From the NCBI GenBank assembly GCA_965200245.1, contig CBDATS010000015.1:96001-160000 (forward strand): DNA of 64,000 bases, written 5' to 3'. The DNA is from a bacterium (lineage in GTDB: Bacteria > UBA8248). Both the position numbers and the translations under genes were made by a program. A model generated the notes under the pieces. The model made no database searches. It had not been told where the DNA came from and saw nothing but the letters and a program-made list of their open reading frames with translations. Shown here piece by piece: positions 30,623-41,836 of this stretch. The stretch's first letter is position 1. The number at the start of each line of letters is the position of its first letter.

Positions 30623-30795
30623 ACAAAGACGGATACTTCTTGTTGGTGTTAACATTGGGGAATTATATCTAATAATCACATTTCCGGTAGTTCCTCAGAT
30701 TGAAAATGGGCTTATGCGTTACGCATTTCGTCCAGGCAATCGCGGCCTTTCTGCGTCAATCTACTTGTCCTGCAAGCGACTAATATGAAAGAAAA

Positions 30796-30978
30796 ATGGG
30801 TAAATTCAAAAGGAATGAAGAAGTGACAAGGAAGCAATTTGAAGATGCGGCAAAGGATATACTGCTACGCGAAGTTCGGAAAGAGAATCTGGAAAAGCGC
30901 ATGCCTACCCGCGTGGAACTGAACCAGAAATGGAAGCTGGAAGGTAGTGCGCAAGGATGGGAATTGAAGAAAATGTAG
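30796..30978 (+). CDS. Small hypothetical protein
   Basis: 60-aa charged ORF in an AT-rich patch. Confidence 0.4.
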   Translation: MGKFKRNEEVTRKQFEDAAKDILLREVRKENLEKRMPTRVELNQKWKLEGSAQGWELKKM

Positions 30979-31256
30979 GGCCTTTGCAGACTTTTGTATA
31001 TAAATCTCTCAAGATTTCCCGTGGGCTGCCTAGTATTGGAGCGGTCATCCTCTACCTCACTAGCAACCGACTGGTTGTTGTTCCGATCAAACGCAAAGAT
31101 AACTTCTCCGCCAATTTCAAATCGATCCATTATTATCGGGTATCGCGCTTCAGTTATGTGTGAACCTTGGCAAGGTCGGGCGATAAATTGTTGAAATTAA
31201 AACATTTTCTGTCGCTCACTCGCAACTTGCTAGAAACATGCGTAGGTGCGAATGCA

Positions 31257-32161
31257 TCAGTCACCGAAGAAGAATTTCACGCCGAGCACAAGGGACCAGT
31301 GATCCATGCCGCTGATTTTGGTGAAATTCGCCAGATTGGGAACCGGATGACGGATATAGCTGCCCCTGGCTTCCATGTCGTCCACCATGGAGTAGGTGAG
31401 CTTGAGGCCGAGCAGCACCCGCTTGTTCAGGCGGTAATCGAGGCCGGCGTGGAAGTGCGCGGAAAAGACGGCGTCGGTGATGTCCTCGTGCTGGACACTG
31501 TCGTACGTTGTGATGTCTGGCAAACCACGCAGGCCTGTGCAGTCCGGCGCGGTAAAGTCCCTGCACCTGTAGTGACCCAAGAAAATCAAGTCCGAGAGTT
31601 CGACGAAGGAAACGCCCGCTCCTGCACCCAGGTAAGGCGTGAAGCGAGTACCCTGTAGCGGGAAGTCGTAATAGGCGTTAAGCGAGAGAGTGCGGGTCGT
31701 CAATTCATCGACATGGCATAGACAAAGCTTTGATGAACATTGACCTCGCTCTCCGGACGGGGAATGATAGGTTCGCCGCCCCAGTAGGTGATACCGGTGA
31801 ATTCCTGCTTGACGTCATTTGCTCGCTGGGTGAAGGCCAGTTCCAGGCGGAACGCGCCGAAAGCGTGGCCAATGGAAACGTCGAACGCAGTGCCGTCATC
31901 CGCCAGGAGATCATAGTACCATCGGTAGCCATCGGGCGCGCCGCCGACCAGATGGCTGCAGTCATCCTCAGGGTAGCAGATGTTGTCGCGGTTACGGCCC
32001 GCCTGCTTCAGGCCGGAAGTCCTGTTCATCCCGACAGCGGCACCCATGTACTATCCCGAACGCTTCGGTTCCTCGGCCATGCTGGTTTCCGTCGCGCCGA
32101 GGGTGAGGCAGAGTCCCAGAATGATCCATACGATGCGTATTTTCCCCGGGTGAAATCGCAT
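31257..32161 (-). pseudogene. Outer membrane beta-barrel (opacity/porin-like) protein, broken
   Basis: Signal peptide; in-frame TAG at 32051; frameshift near 31710; RLEL, NAYYDF and TPYLGAGAG motifs; C-terminal GVKFFF. Confidence 0.8.
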
Positions 32162-32337
32162 TTTCTTCTCCTTTTTGAACGTATCGAGCCGTTCCTGTCG
32201 GCCGTAAAATTCCGTATAATTTAAGTGGTGGTTGTCCACTTGATTAACCAAACTACAATATGCATGTAAGGAATTTCTCACTTATATAAAGTGCCAAGCA
32301 ATTTTGGAGGCTCGTGAAAAAACGATGCATCTTCTCT

Positions 32338-33000
32338 TCACTCACCGCCTTCCTGAAAGGCGATGCGCTCGCCGGGGGGCTCCACGACGAGGTGAAGGGC
32401 TTCGGCCACGCGGCCCGTTAGGTTCCATAGCCCGCAGATGAGGGTCAACGAGACGAGTTGCTCTGTGGAGAAATGCTTCTTCATAGCCTCGAAGGCCGCG
32501 TCGTTTCCCTTAGCGGTCAGATTCGTGACTTCTTCCGCCCACCCGATAGCGGCCTTTTCTTTTTCACTGAATAGTTCGCTATCCCGCCAGCCGTCACCTT
32601 CGAGCAGATTGATTTTCTCCTGCGAGATGCCCCGAGCCCGACCGAGCTCGACATTGTGCCCGAGTCAGTTATTGCATTCAGTCAAAATCGCCGTCTTGAT
32701 GATGACGAGTTGGGCCATGTGGAGGTATTCGGGGTCGGTGTTCTGGTACTGGACACGCAGTTTGCCGTCCATGATCTGCCAGCCCTCGACGAAACCGGGC
32801 GCCCAGCCGAGTAGGCGCAGGAAACGCGACACTTTGCCCCAGCGCTTTACTCCGTGTTCATAGAGGGGCGCGAGTTCCTCGGCAAGGTGTTCAGGGATGT
32901 CGGCCGGGTCGATGAGCGGTACGCGGGGGAGGGGGCAGGCCATCATCTCCTGGGTGACGCCCATCCCTTGGGCGAGGCCTGTGGCTTCGTTGATCGGCAT
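32338..33000 (-). CDS. AhpD/carboxymuconolactone decarboxylase-like selenoprotein (CxxU, U112, 220 aa)
   Basis: CNN-TGA-LGHN; the frame continues 108 codons with family motifs (FSEKEKAAI.WAEEVT, HFSTEQLV.LT); SECIS-like hairpin; AAGGA RBS. Confidence 0.85.
32627..32667 (-). promoter_or_regulatory. UGA plus putative bacterial SECIS
   Basis: UGA-N13-UCGAGCUC-GGUC-GGGCUCGG (8-bp stem with two GU pairs), extendable by AUG/CAU pairing. Confidence 0.75.
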
Positions 33001-33145
33001 GGCGAATTCCTTTTCTGATGAAAATGTAAACGGATGAGATTGCACGAGCGTATTCTCGCGTAAGGGGGATAGGGGATCAATGGGGAGGGTTTGAAATGAG
33101 GTGTTTGGCCAATCATTCTATTGTTAGGGACAAGTCGCGACTTCT

Positions 33146-33170
33146 GGGTGGACGCACCGTCCGCCCCTAC
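33146..33170 (-). repeat. GTAG-type REP-like palindrome
   Basis: GTAGGGGCGGACG-GTG-CGTCCACCC on the minus strand. Confidence 0.5.
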
Positions 33171-33817
33171 GATAAAGCGTGATTCATGCGTACCTGTTCA
33201 ACCGCCCTCCGCTTCGCTCACGTCTTTAATGAAGGGGAGGTAATGGCAGAAGAAGTATTCGTTGACCAATCGAATTGGAAGCGGCCTGAAAAGATCAGGC
33301 GCCGCCTGCCTCTTACGGGGCATTTTCGCCGTGTATTACAGTCTTCAGGTACATAAAAGGAATAAAATTGTCTTTGAGCACCTTACGATAGTGCGCTATG
33401 GATTCTCGCGTCATCAGTCCTTTCGCGTGTATTTCGCTGATTGCGGACATGAGGCCTTCGCAGGAAAGGAAGCCAACTCCGGTAATGATCCAGGCGAGGA
33501 TAAGGAAGCATATGATGTGAAAAAACTTGTTTGTGGCGTATCCCCCCGCGTTGGCGGCCATCGATGCCAAGTCTTGCCAGCTGCCAGAAGAAGGCAGCCG
33601 CCTATGGTATCCAATATGGCTCCTGTCAATTGAATGTGTGGGCGAAGTGATGGGAAAACGAGAAATTTTTCCAAGCGATTCATGCGTCGGCGTGACGGAA
33701 AAACACGGACTGGCGCCTGAGGGGATAGGTTCTGACTTACATCGTCACCGGCGTAACCGTTAGTCTCGCAACGGCTTGCTACCGTCGCGGCGATTCAGCG
33801 AAATGACCGGTCCGCAA

Positions 33818-34192
33818 TCACCGAGCGTGTACCGCATTGTTTTTCGGGGAACAGAGGTAACCAAACGGGGGGCGCGGCAAGTGGGCCGCGTCTTTTAGCA
33901 ATAATGTTTCCCACCCCGTGGACGGACATGAAATTAGCCGTCGTCGCGGCAGTTCGGGATCGGGGACATATTCTGCAGCAAAGGGGACCCCATATTTGCT
34001 TTTGCACAGGGTTGTCAGTTCATCTAGGTCGTCGTTCAGATCATCCTTGGTGCAAAAGCGGCGCAATGCATTGTCCGCCGGGCAATCCGACCGCCACGTA
34101 AGGATGTCTGCCAAGGCCCCGGCTCCGTTGCCGGTGGCCTGTAAGTTAACGTCTGCCCCTTGGCTTAGATCAGCCATTAGGACATTTCTCAT
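33818..34192 (-). pseudogene. N-terminal fragment of a large AAA/SMC-like ATPase
   Basis: ALADILTW..DCP...ALRR.CTK.DL...LDEL..LCK resembles a recalled N-terminus; ATGA coupling to the PIN gene. Confidence 0.45.
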
Positions 34193-34710
34193 CCGTGCTG
34201 GGGCCCGGTTTCTGCGAGATATTCCAGCCGGGCGGATATCTCATGTTGAGGTAGAAAGGCCGTTTTGTCTTCTTGCCAGACTGTGAGTGCTTGAATTAGT
34301 AGTGACTTGGCGCAGGTTCTTTTGGCTTCGAGTTCATCGACGACCCAAAGCACGCCGTGTACACGTAGGCCATTTTCTGCAGCGACTTTACGTAGAAGAG
34401 CATCGCCAGTCAGCAGAATACCGGGATGAACGGGCGCGGTGACATAGCAGAAACAGTCATTAGCGGACAGTGGAGGATAACGAGCCTTAAGCGCGAGTGC
34501 TTGGGCAACTTCGTCCGGTGTGAGGTCGTGGGTGATCATCTAGGAATCGTCCAACTGTTGCCACTGGTTGTCGGAGAAGTCGAGGATTTCGGACTCGCGT
34601 ACGGGTAGCGGGACGACGAACCGGTACGGCAATTTGGGGAGTACGGTAAGTAAACCGCCTTTGTGGAGATCGATCAGGCAGGAAGCGTCATTGACGACGA
34701 CGCTTGTCAC
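34189..34710 (-). pseudogene. PIN-domain (VapC-like) protein with an in-frame TAG at 34540-34542
   Basis: VVNDASCLIDL, LSAND, LLTGDALLRK and VHGVLWV motifs. Confidence 0.8.
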
Positions 34711-35655
34711 TGGATAGCCGGACCGCTGATTTGTCGCTCGACGAAGTCAAGGGACTGATTGAGGAGCGCCGCTGCCCGCGCAGGCGAGATCAGTTCTTCG
34801 CCGACCGCACGCGAAACGAGGCTCTTGAAGCGACGTGGCTTTTCGAAGGCAGCAAACTCGTGGTTGGTGTCAGGGATAGGCTCAGGCTCGATCTGGCGCC
34901 AGGAGCGTGCGAAGGTCGCGAAGGCATGCCGGACTTTGGTATGAGGGAGAACATTAACCTGCCCGAGGCGGATCAGAATGGCCGCGGCCGAAACGCCATA
35001 GGTGTGTTTGAGGCGCATGATCTCGTAGTAGGTAATGCGGTGACGGCGGGTGCCGATTTTCTCTAGGAGATGCTGTTTTGGGATTAGAAAGGCGCCGGCG
35101 AATCGGTTCATTGCCGTTTCCAGGTTGATGGTAGGATTGTCAGTGGAGCGTATGATCTTGTGGGCAAGCTCATGTGCGAGAGTGAAGCGCTTGCGCTCGA
35201 CATTGATCCGGCTAGAAATGACGATGGCCTCGGCAACGGGCTGACCGTCACGCAGGGCGCGGCATGCGAGACCGTTTATGCGCTCCGGGAGGTCGTCTTC
35301 GATTACTTTTGATACCCTTGCCCTTGCTCAGTTCGCAGAGGCTGGGAATAGGGCCCATGCCGAGATGCCAGTCGTCGCGGAGCGCATCGGCCTTGGCCCG
35401 GTCTCGAGCGGAAGCACCCGAATGCTTACGGAAGTCAAGGCCGTCGAAAGCCTCAACTTGTGCGCTCATCAGAAAATCCAGCGAAACATTAAGGGCCTTG
35501 CCTAGCGCAATCAAAACGGTCGAAGATGGCAACATCTTGCCCGCCTCGTACTTGCTGATGGCCTGAGCGGTGATCTTTGGGGTCATTTGCTCAGCCAGCG
35601 ACCGCATGGAAAGGCCTGCCCGTTTGCGGGCGAGTCGAAGTCGTTGGCAAAACAT
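34707..35655 (-). pseudogene. XRE-HTH + ImmA/IrrE metallopeptidase, frameshifted and apparently internally deleted
   Basis: RLRLARKRAGLS..AISKYE; frameshift at an A run near 35308; RFTLAHELAH (HExxH); NRFAGAFL. Confidence 0.85.
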
Positions 35656-35769
35656 GCATTCTTCCCCTGGTTTGTTAACTTAAAGTTGATATGTTTTGCC
35701 TTAAAACGATTATGTCAATCACGGATTGGCACTATACCAGATATCTTATAGTGTAGACAGAGGTGAGGT

Positions 35770-36035
35770 ATGTTGCTGGATAGGATAGTAGACGGGTCCG
35801 AGGAGACTGGCACGAAGAAATACAAATTCAAGATGAACGGCGAGATGTTTTCTGGGAATGAGCAGACGGTCGATGCAGCGGTGTTGTTACGGAGAGCATT
35901 CGCCGACAAGGCGATTGGTGAGGATCCGGACAAGATTGGATATGTGCAGAGAGCCCCGGACTCAGACGTGATGTTTGTGTCAGGACAGACGGTGGAATTC
36001 GACAAGTACAACGTGTTTCGAGCCGTCCCGGTAGA
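35770..36035 (+). CDS. Multi-ubiquitin (beta-grasp) domain-like protein, probably 3'-truncated
   Basis: YKFKMNGE..TV....LLR.A.. and V.F..YNVFRAVP pattern; GAGGT RBS; the ORF then runs on through non-coding repeats. Confidence 0.5.
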
Positions 36036-36112
36036 TGCGGGGTGTCACAGGATGTATCAATACCGACGTAATCCTCTTGGTGTCAGGCAATGCACCATGG
36101 ATGTGTCAAAGC

Positions 36113-36230
36113 GTAGGGACCGTTCGCGAACCGACCCTAAGGGAAGGTCACGACTTTTTCCTGCACTCTTGAGGCAAATGCCTTTACGCCGTCCTCAGGG
36201 CGGTTCACGAGTTGCTACCGTTTCCTGTAG
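36113..36230. repeat. Cluster of degenerate REP-like palindromes
   Basis: GTAGGGACCGTTCGCGAACCGACCCTA followed by two more decayed copies. Confidence 0.5.
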
Positions 36231-36257
36231 TGTTCGTGGCGAGGAGGCGACGACGAA

Positions 36258-36724
36258 ATGCCCGAATTCATCATTGCGCAGAACGAAGAGGATTACCGTG
36301 AGGCACGGGTCTTGCTGCGCGAGTATGAGGCTAAGAGCGAGGTGGGCCTCTGCTTTCAGGGTTTCGAGGAGGAAGTCGAAACCCTTGAGGAGATATACGG
36401 TCCACCGGGCGGGAGGTTTATCCTGATTAGGGAAGAGGAAGCCATCGCGGGTTGCGTCGGGGTACGGGATTTGGAGATGGAGTCTGCGAGATGAAGCGCT
36501 TGTTCGTGCGACCTGTTTTCAGAGGGCGTGGGTTCGGGAGGTCGTGCGCGGAGCGAATCGTCCGGGAGGCGCGCGAGATGGGCTATGCCGTGATGCGCCT
36601 CAATACGTTGCCATCCATGCGCGAGGCCATCTCTCTTTACCGTTCGATGGGTTTCAGCATGATCGAATGTTACACAGAAACCCCCGTGGAGGGTGCCCTT
36701 TTTATGGAGTTGGTGTTGGTGTAG
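36258..36724 (+). pseudogene. GNAT acetyltransferase with a single-base frameshift near 36473
   Basis: LCFQGFEEE..AGCVG, then CEMKRLFVRP.FRGRG.G in the next frame; restoring one G gives RDLGDGVCEM. Confidence 0.85.
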
Positions 36725-37573
36725 GGGTTGTTGTGCAATGGCTATTTGGTCGTGATCTAGGTTTTCAAGGCGCTGAGAGAAACGCATCAATCAACAGGGA
36801 CGCTTCACGAACGTTGGCCGTTCACGGGAATGGCCTCTGCAAGTTTCTCGATTTTCTTCGAAAAAGGCGGGTGGAGATTGGATATCTTCGAAGTCCGCGC
36901 CGGGCGCAGCGGAGCAAGCAGATACGATTCCGGTACTATCAAGCGTCAATTCACTTCCTGCTGGGATTGGCGATAAACCATGGAACTGCATCTGCGAAGG
37001 TTGTTCTGGTTCTGGCCGAAGCACTCCTCGCCATTGTCGGTAGCGTCCATGCGGCTGGGTCACGGTTGGCTGTCAACTCCTCTGTGGGTCTTGGAAGGCG
37101 AAAATTAAGAAACCCGATGCGAAGGGCATTGGGCTGGAAGGACGTCAATTTCGCTAGATTCACCTTCGGGACAGAGGTGATCAAAATGATGGTATCCCGT
37201 CGGCGGACATTGTGCTCAACGACTCCTCGCCAACGGTAGCGGGCTACAGCCGGGGATAGGCGTGATTGTAGTGAGCGCCGCTTTTTACAATGGATATTGT
37301 GTTTCTCCGGTCGTGGTGCTCGGTACTATCGCCTTTATTTTCGAGCTCTGCATCGCATCGAAGGAGTACTCGGGCAAGTACTGGGTGCGTTCCTGATGTG
37401 TGTCAGCGAAATTCCATTGGGATGTAGAGACAAACCCCTCATCTGGGTCGCCCCATAGGTCGCGACTTGTACCCCTGCGAGCTTATGGATCGTGTAATGG
37501 GATTGAACGAAGCGGGCGCGGGGAGCCACCCCTGCAATGTACAGCAACCACCACAATGACAGACTGAGTCCCT

Positions 37574-37984
37574 CTATGCGCCCAGCGCCCGTTTCGCCTT
37601 GCGATGGTCCTTGGGATTCACCCAGAAGATGGCTCCGTAGCGTTGCTTGCCCGCGGCGATGGCCGTGATGGCGGTGATGTTGATGTTCGCCTCCTCGAGT
37701 TTTGTGAGAATCGGCAGGAGTGCCCCTGTGCGGTCCGTGCCATCGACGAGGAACGCTTTCTTCCGGGCGCTGAGCTTGATCTTCGCCTTGCGCGCGAAGG
37801 AGGTGAAGGCTTTCGCGTCCTCGGGCACGATGTCCACCTGAAGGCGCCTGCGTTCGGGGAAAGCATGTATCGCCAACAGGCTTACGCCCGCTTCCTTGAA
37901 CATGGTGGCTAATTTGGCGCCTTCTCCCGGCTTGTTGGGTGCAGTGATGTAGTAATAGGGAACTTCACGAACTGTTTCGGCCAT
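37574..37984 (-). CDS. Tandem ACT-domain protein
   Basis: NKPGEGA..F..AGVSL and DRTGAL..L.EANINI; AGGAGA RBS. Confidence 0.8.
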   Translation of the reverse strand: MAETVREVPYYYITAPNKPGEGAKLATMFKEAGVSLLAIHAFPERRRLQVDIVPEDAKAFTSFARKAKIKLSARKKAFLVDGTDRTGALLPILTKLEEANINITAITAIAAGKQRYGAIFWVNPKDHRKAKRALGA

Positions 37985-38600
37985 TGCCTGTCTCCTGATT
38001 GACCCGGTGGTCTTGGAGGGCGGGATGACTTGCGTATTATGGGTCGCACCGAAAGCGCACACCATAACGCAAATAATCATACAACATGAGGCGAGGGGAG
38101 GGAAACGATTTCATTTCGATTGAGGCAAGAGGGATGGATACGCTCCGTAAAGGCACAAATTTCGGACCGCTAATTCTGCGAAACCGCGTATCAATCGAAA
38201 CGAGTCTCACACGCCTTGTGCGCATTCGTTCGAGGACAAGGAATCCTCTCGTTCATACGTCTCGATTGCATGCGCCTTTACACACATTTGCCAGTGGCAA
38301 TTTTTCGTCGGGATGGGCGAGAATCCCTCGCGCGATAGTGGGTGTTCTTGTGGACGAGAGCAGGGAATAAAAATGGAAGGAGTGCTTCAACTTTGTGCCA
38401 GAACCATAGCTACTTTTCAGCCAGGATGGACTTCCTCTGCCCAAAACCGCGAATCACAATCAAGCTCAGGTCCGAGCCCTCAAAGGATTTTTCAATGATT
38501 GGACAGATATGGATAGATTCGTGAGGTTTTACTGAAATTCATAGGATATAAACTGGTTGAACAATACATTGTAAATTGCTGATATATTGATAATTATTTG

Positions 38601-39836
38601 TTATGCGGGCATCACCTTGGGGTGTTCGAGCATCTCCTTGAGCGTGGAGAGGAACTCAGCCGCCGGCGCGCCGTCCACCAGGCGGTGATCGGCGTTGATG
38701 CCGATGAAGGCCGTCGTCCGGGCCACAACCTCGCCATTTCGCACGACAGCGCGCTCGCGCGCCGCCCCCACAGAGAGAATAGCGGATTCAGGGTGGTTGA
38801 TAATGGCGCTGAAGTGGTCTACGCCGTATGCTCCCAGATTCGAAACCGTGAAGGTACCGCCTTCCAGCGTGTCAAGCCCCAACGCACCGGCGCGGGCGGC
38901 TTCCGCCAATTCACGCGATTCGCGCGAAATGGCGTCGATGGACTTCTGATCAGCTCCCCGTATGACAGGCACCATGAGACCCTGCTCTACAGCGACGGCC
39001 ACCCCGATGTTCACGTCTTGCATCTGTTCGAGAGCGTCTGCGCTCAGGCGAACGTTCACGGCCGGGCAGCGGCGTACGGCGCGTGCGGTGTAGAAGAGAA
39101 TGAGATCGTTGATGGATACCTTTACACCGAGATCATTCTCCCACGCTTGGCGACTGGCTTCGCGCACGGCAAGGAGGTTCGTGAGGTCGACTTCCGCCTG
39201 CATGGTGATACGTGGCACTTGGGACCAGCTTGCGAGCATGCGCTCTGCAATTATTTTCCGCATACCGGTCAGGGAGGTGGAAGCCGCCACTGCCGCGGGG
39301 CCGCTCACGGCGGCAGGTACTGTAGCGGGAAGTCCCGATGCAGCTGCAGCCCGCACGTCGGCTTGCACAATCCTGCCGCCGGGACCAGAGCCTTTGAGAG
39401 TGCGGTAATCAATGCCGAGTTCACGGGCGACGCGCCTTGCAGCGGGGCTTGCAAAAATGCGGTCAGTGGGCACAGGTTGCACAGATGCAGGAACTGCCAC
39501 AGGGGGAGGCGCCGGTGTCAGTGCCGCCTGCGTAACCTCTGGCCCAGGCTCCTCAGGTTCCTTGGAGCGATCCCCTCCAAAACTGCTGATATCCTCTCCC
39601 GCTTCGCCGATCACGGCAATGTCTATGCCACAGGGGACGACGTCGCCTTCTCCTGCAAGCGTCTTGAGAAGGAGTCCACCTTCCGGCGATTCTACCTCGT
39701 ATTCGACCTTGTCTGTCTGGATGTCGAGAATAATCTCGCCCTTTTCGACCGCTTCACCCTCGTCCTTTCGCCATTTGAGGATGGTTCCTTCTTCCATGGT
39801 GAGGCCGAGCTTTGGCATCGGGAGGGGAGTGGCCAT
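38601..39836 (-). CDS. Dihydrolipoamide acyltransferase E2 (AcoC-like)
   Basis: Lipoyl motif TDKV; ASPAARR binding domain; DHRLVDGA. Confidence 0.93.
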   Translation of the reverse strand: MATPLPMPKLGLTMEEGTILKWRKDEGEAVEKGEIILDIQTDKVEYEVESPEGGLLLKTLAGEGDVVPCGIDIAVIGEAGEDISSFGGDRSKEPEEPGPEVTQAALTPAPPPVAVPASVQPVPTDRIFASPAARRVARELGIDYRTLKGSGPGGRIVQADVRAAAASGLPATVPAAVSGPAAVAASTSLTGMRKIIAERMLASWSQVPRITMQAEVDLTNLLAVREASRQAWENDLGVKVSINDLILFYTARAVRRCPAVNVRLSADALEQMQDVNIGVAVAVEQGLMVPVIRGADQKSIDAISRESRELAEAARAGALGLDTLEGGTFTVSNLGAYGVDHFSAIINHPESAILSVGAARERAVVRNGEVVARTTAFIGINADHRLVDGAPAAEFLSTLKEMLEHPKVMPA

Positions 39837-39872
39837 GTATCTTTGCTCCTAATGAATGAATGTGTTCGGGAC

Positions 39873-40853
39873 TTATACTGTCTCTAACATACCACGGACA
39901 CCGGCGATTACGTCATCTTTGTCAGGAATGACGTAGGATTCGAGTTTGGGCGAAAATGGCACTGGTGTTTCCTTGGCGCAAACACGCTCGATGGGCGCAT
40001 CCAGGTAGTCAAAGGCTTCCTTGGCTGCCAGTGCGGCGACTTCCGCCCCCCAGCCACAACGTTGCACTGCCTCATGGGTGATGAGGAGCCTGCCTGTCTT
40101 GCTGACCGAAGCGAGAATCATCTCTGTATCCAGCGGGAAAAGCGTCCTGGGGTCGATGACTTCGCAGTCAATTCCCTCTTTTTCAAGCTCTTCTGCTGCG
40201 GCTAGCGACTTGCCAACCATTGAGGAGGTGGCAACGATAGTGAGGTCGTTCCCCTCCTTCTTCACTTCGGCGACGCCGATCGGGATGATTTCCTCATTAT
40301 CAGGTACGACACCTTTTTCCAGGTACAGGAGTTTGTGTTCAATGAAAAATACCGGGTCGTCATCCCGAATGGCCGCTTTTAATAGGCCTTTTGCGTCGCG
40401 CGCACTGGAGGGCATGACCACTTTCAGTCCCGGTACGTGAACGAACCACGCTTCCAGGCTTTGCGCATGTTGGGCGGCGGAACTGCGGCCCGCGCCACCC
40501 TGTGTTCTGATGACGAGCGAGGTGTTCGCTTTGCCGCCGAACATGTAGCGTACTTTGGCGACTTGATTGACGATTTGATCCATGGCGACGGCAGAAAAAT
40601 CGATGTACATCAACTCTGCCACGGGGCGCATGCCCACCAGAGCTGAGCCTAGAGCCGCGCCGATTATGCCTTGTTCGGAGATAGGCGTGTTCCGTACCCG
40701 CTCGGCACCGTATTTCTCCAGGAGCCCAACCGTTGTCTTGTATGATCCGCCGAATTCGGCGATGTCCTCCCCGAGGAGAAAGACGGAATCATCCCTCGCC
40801 ATTTCCTCATCCATGGCTTCGATGATGGCCTCTCGGTATAAAACCTCGCGCAT
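39873..40853 (-). CDS. 2-oxoacid/acetoin dehydrogenase E1 beta
   Basis: GEDI, TPISE, QHAQS, IEHK and DPRTL.PLD motifs. Confidence 0.93.
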   Translation of the reverse strand: MREVLYREAIIEAMDEEMARDDSVFLLGEDIAEFGGSYKTTVGLLEKYGAERVRNTPISEQGIIGAALGSALVGMRPVAELMYIDFSAVAMDQIVNQVAKVRYMFGGKANTSLVIRTQGGAGRSSAAQHAQSLEAWFVHVPGLKVVMPSSARDAKGLLKAAIRDDDPVFFIEHKLLYLEKGVVPDNEEIIPIGVAEVKKEGNDLTIVATSSMVGKSLAAAEELEKEGIDCEVIDPRTLFPLDTEMILASVSKTGRLLITHEAVQRCGWGAEVAALAAKEAFDYLDAPIERVCAKETPVPFSPKLESYVIPDKDDVIAGVRGMLETV

Positions 40854-40864
40854 GATCCTTTTCT

Positions 40865-41836
40865 CTAAACCGACACGTAAATGTCGGTCATGGCATCTTT
40901 GAGTTCGGGTTCCGGGCTTTTCCGGGCGAATTCTATGGCTTCTTCCATCTCTTTGTTCACGTTTTCAATGATTGCGTCAATACTTTTCGGGCTTAACCAA
41001 TTCTTTTTCTTGAGTATTTCGGCGAATGTGATGAGCGGATCGCGCTTGAGCCACTTGCCTACCTCTTTATCGTGTCCATATGCGGTACCGGGATCACCCA
41101 CATAATGACCCAAAAATCGCATTGTCTTTGCTTCAATCAATGTCGGTCCTCGCCCCTTGCGCGCGCGTGTAATCGCTTCACCGGCGACTTCGTATATTGC
41201 CTGCGGATCCATGCCATCAACGAGGATTCCGGGTATTCCGTAAGCTTTGGCCCTTTCGGCGATGTCTTGAACCGCCTGATGAGTGGCCCGAGGCGTGCTT
41301 TCGGCGAATCCGTTGTTCTCGCAGACGAATACAGCAGGTAGCTTCCATGTAGCAGCAATGTTGATACCCTCATGGAAGGCGCCTTCATTGCTGGCTCCGT
41401 CGCCGAAAAAGCTTACGACGACGTGTTTTTCACCCTTTAATTGAATCCCCAGAGCGGCACCGGCGGCAATAGGGATGCCACCACCAACGATGCCATTCGC
41501 CCCCAGGACCCCCAAATCCTGGTCGGCGATGTGCATGGAACCACCTTTTCCTTTGCAATAACCAGTCGCTCGGGCATACAATTCGGCAAACATGCCTCTG
41601 TATTGTAGCCCTTTGGCGATCATATGGCCGTGCCCACGGTGCGTAGAGGTGATTTGATCTTTGGGAGTCAAGTGAGCGCAAACCCCGGCGGCAACCGCTT
41701 CTTCGCCGATATAGGCATGAAGAAAACCCGGCAGTTCCCCCGCTTGGAACAGCTCGATCGAGCGCTCCTCGAACCTCCGGATACGAACCATCGTCTCGTA
41801 AATCCAGAGGGCCTTGGCTTTTGTCAGTCGAATCAT
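40865..41836 (-). CDS. 2-oxoacid/acetoin dehydrogenase E1 alpha
   Basis: THRGHGH, GKGGSMH and the TPP motif GDGA..CENN. Confidence 0.93.
   Translation of the reverse strand: MIRLTKAKALWIYETMVRIRRFEERSIELFQAGELPGFLHAYIGEEAVAAGVCAHLTPKDQITSTHRGHGHMIAKGLQYRGMFAELYARATGYCKGKGGSMHIADQDLGVLGANGIVGGGIPIAAGAALGIQLKGEKHVVVSFFGDGASNEGAFHEGINIAATWKLPAVFVCENNGFAESTPRATHQAVQDIAERAKAYGIPGILVDGMDPQAIYEVAGEAITRARKGRGPTLIEAKTMRFLGHYVGDPGTAYGHDKEVGKWLKRDPLITFAEILKKKNWLSPKSIDAIIENVNKEMEEAIEFARKSPEPELKDAMTDIYVSV

Noticed and set aside
36035-36426. C-terminal half of the 218-aa ORF 35770..36426
   Set aside because: It runs through palindromic repeats and overlaps the GNAT gene out of frame; likely run-on after truncation
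36730-37560. Short ORFs in this intergenic stretch (also 4320-4830, 5600-6090 and 33260-33800)
   Set aside because: No recognisable motifs or consistent frame; probably decayed sequence
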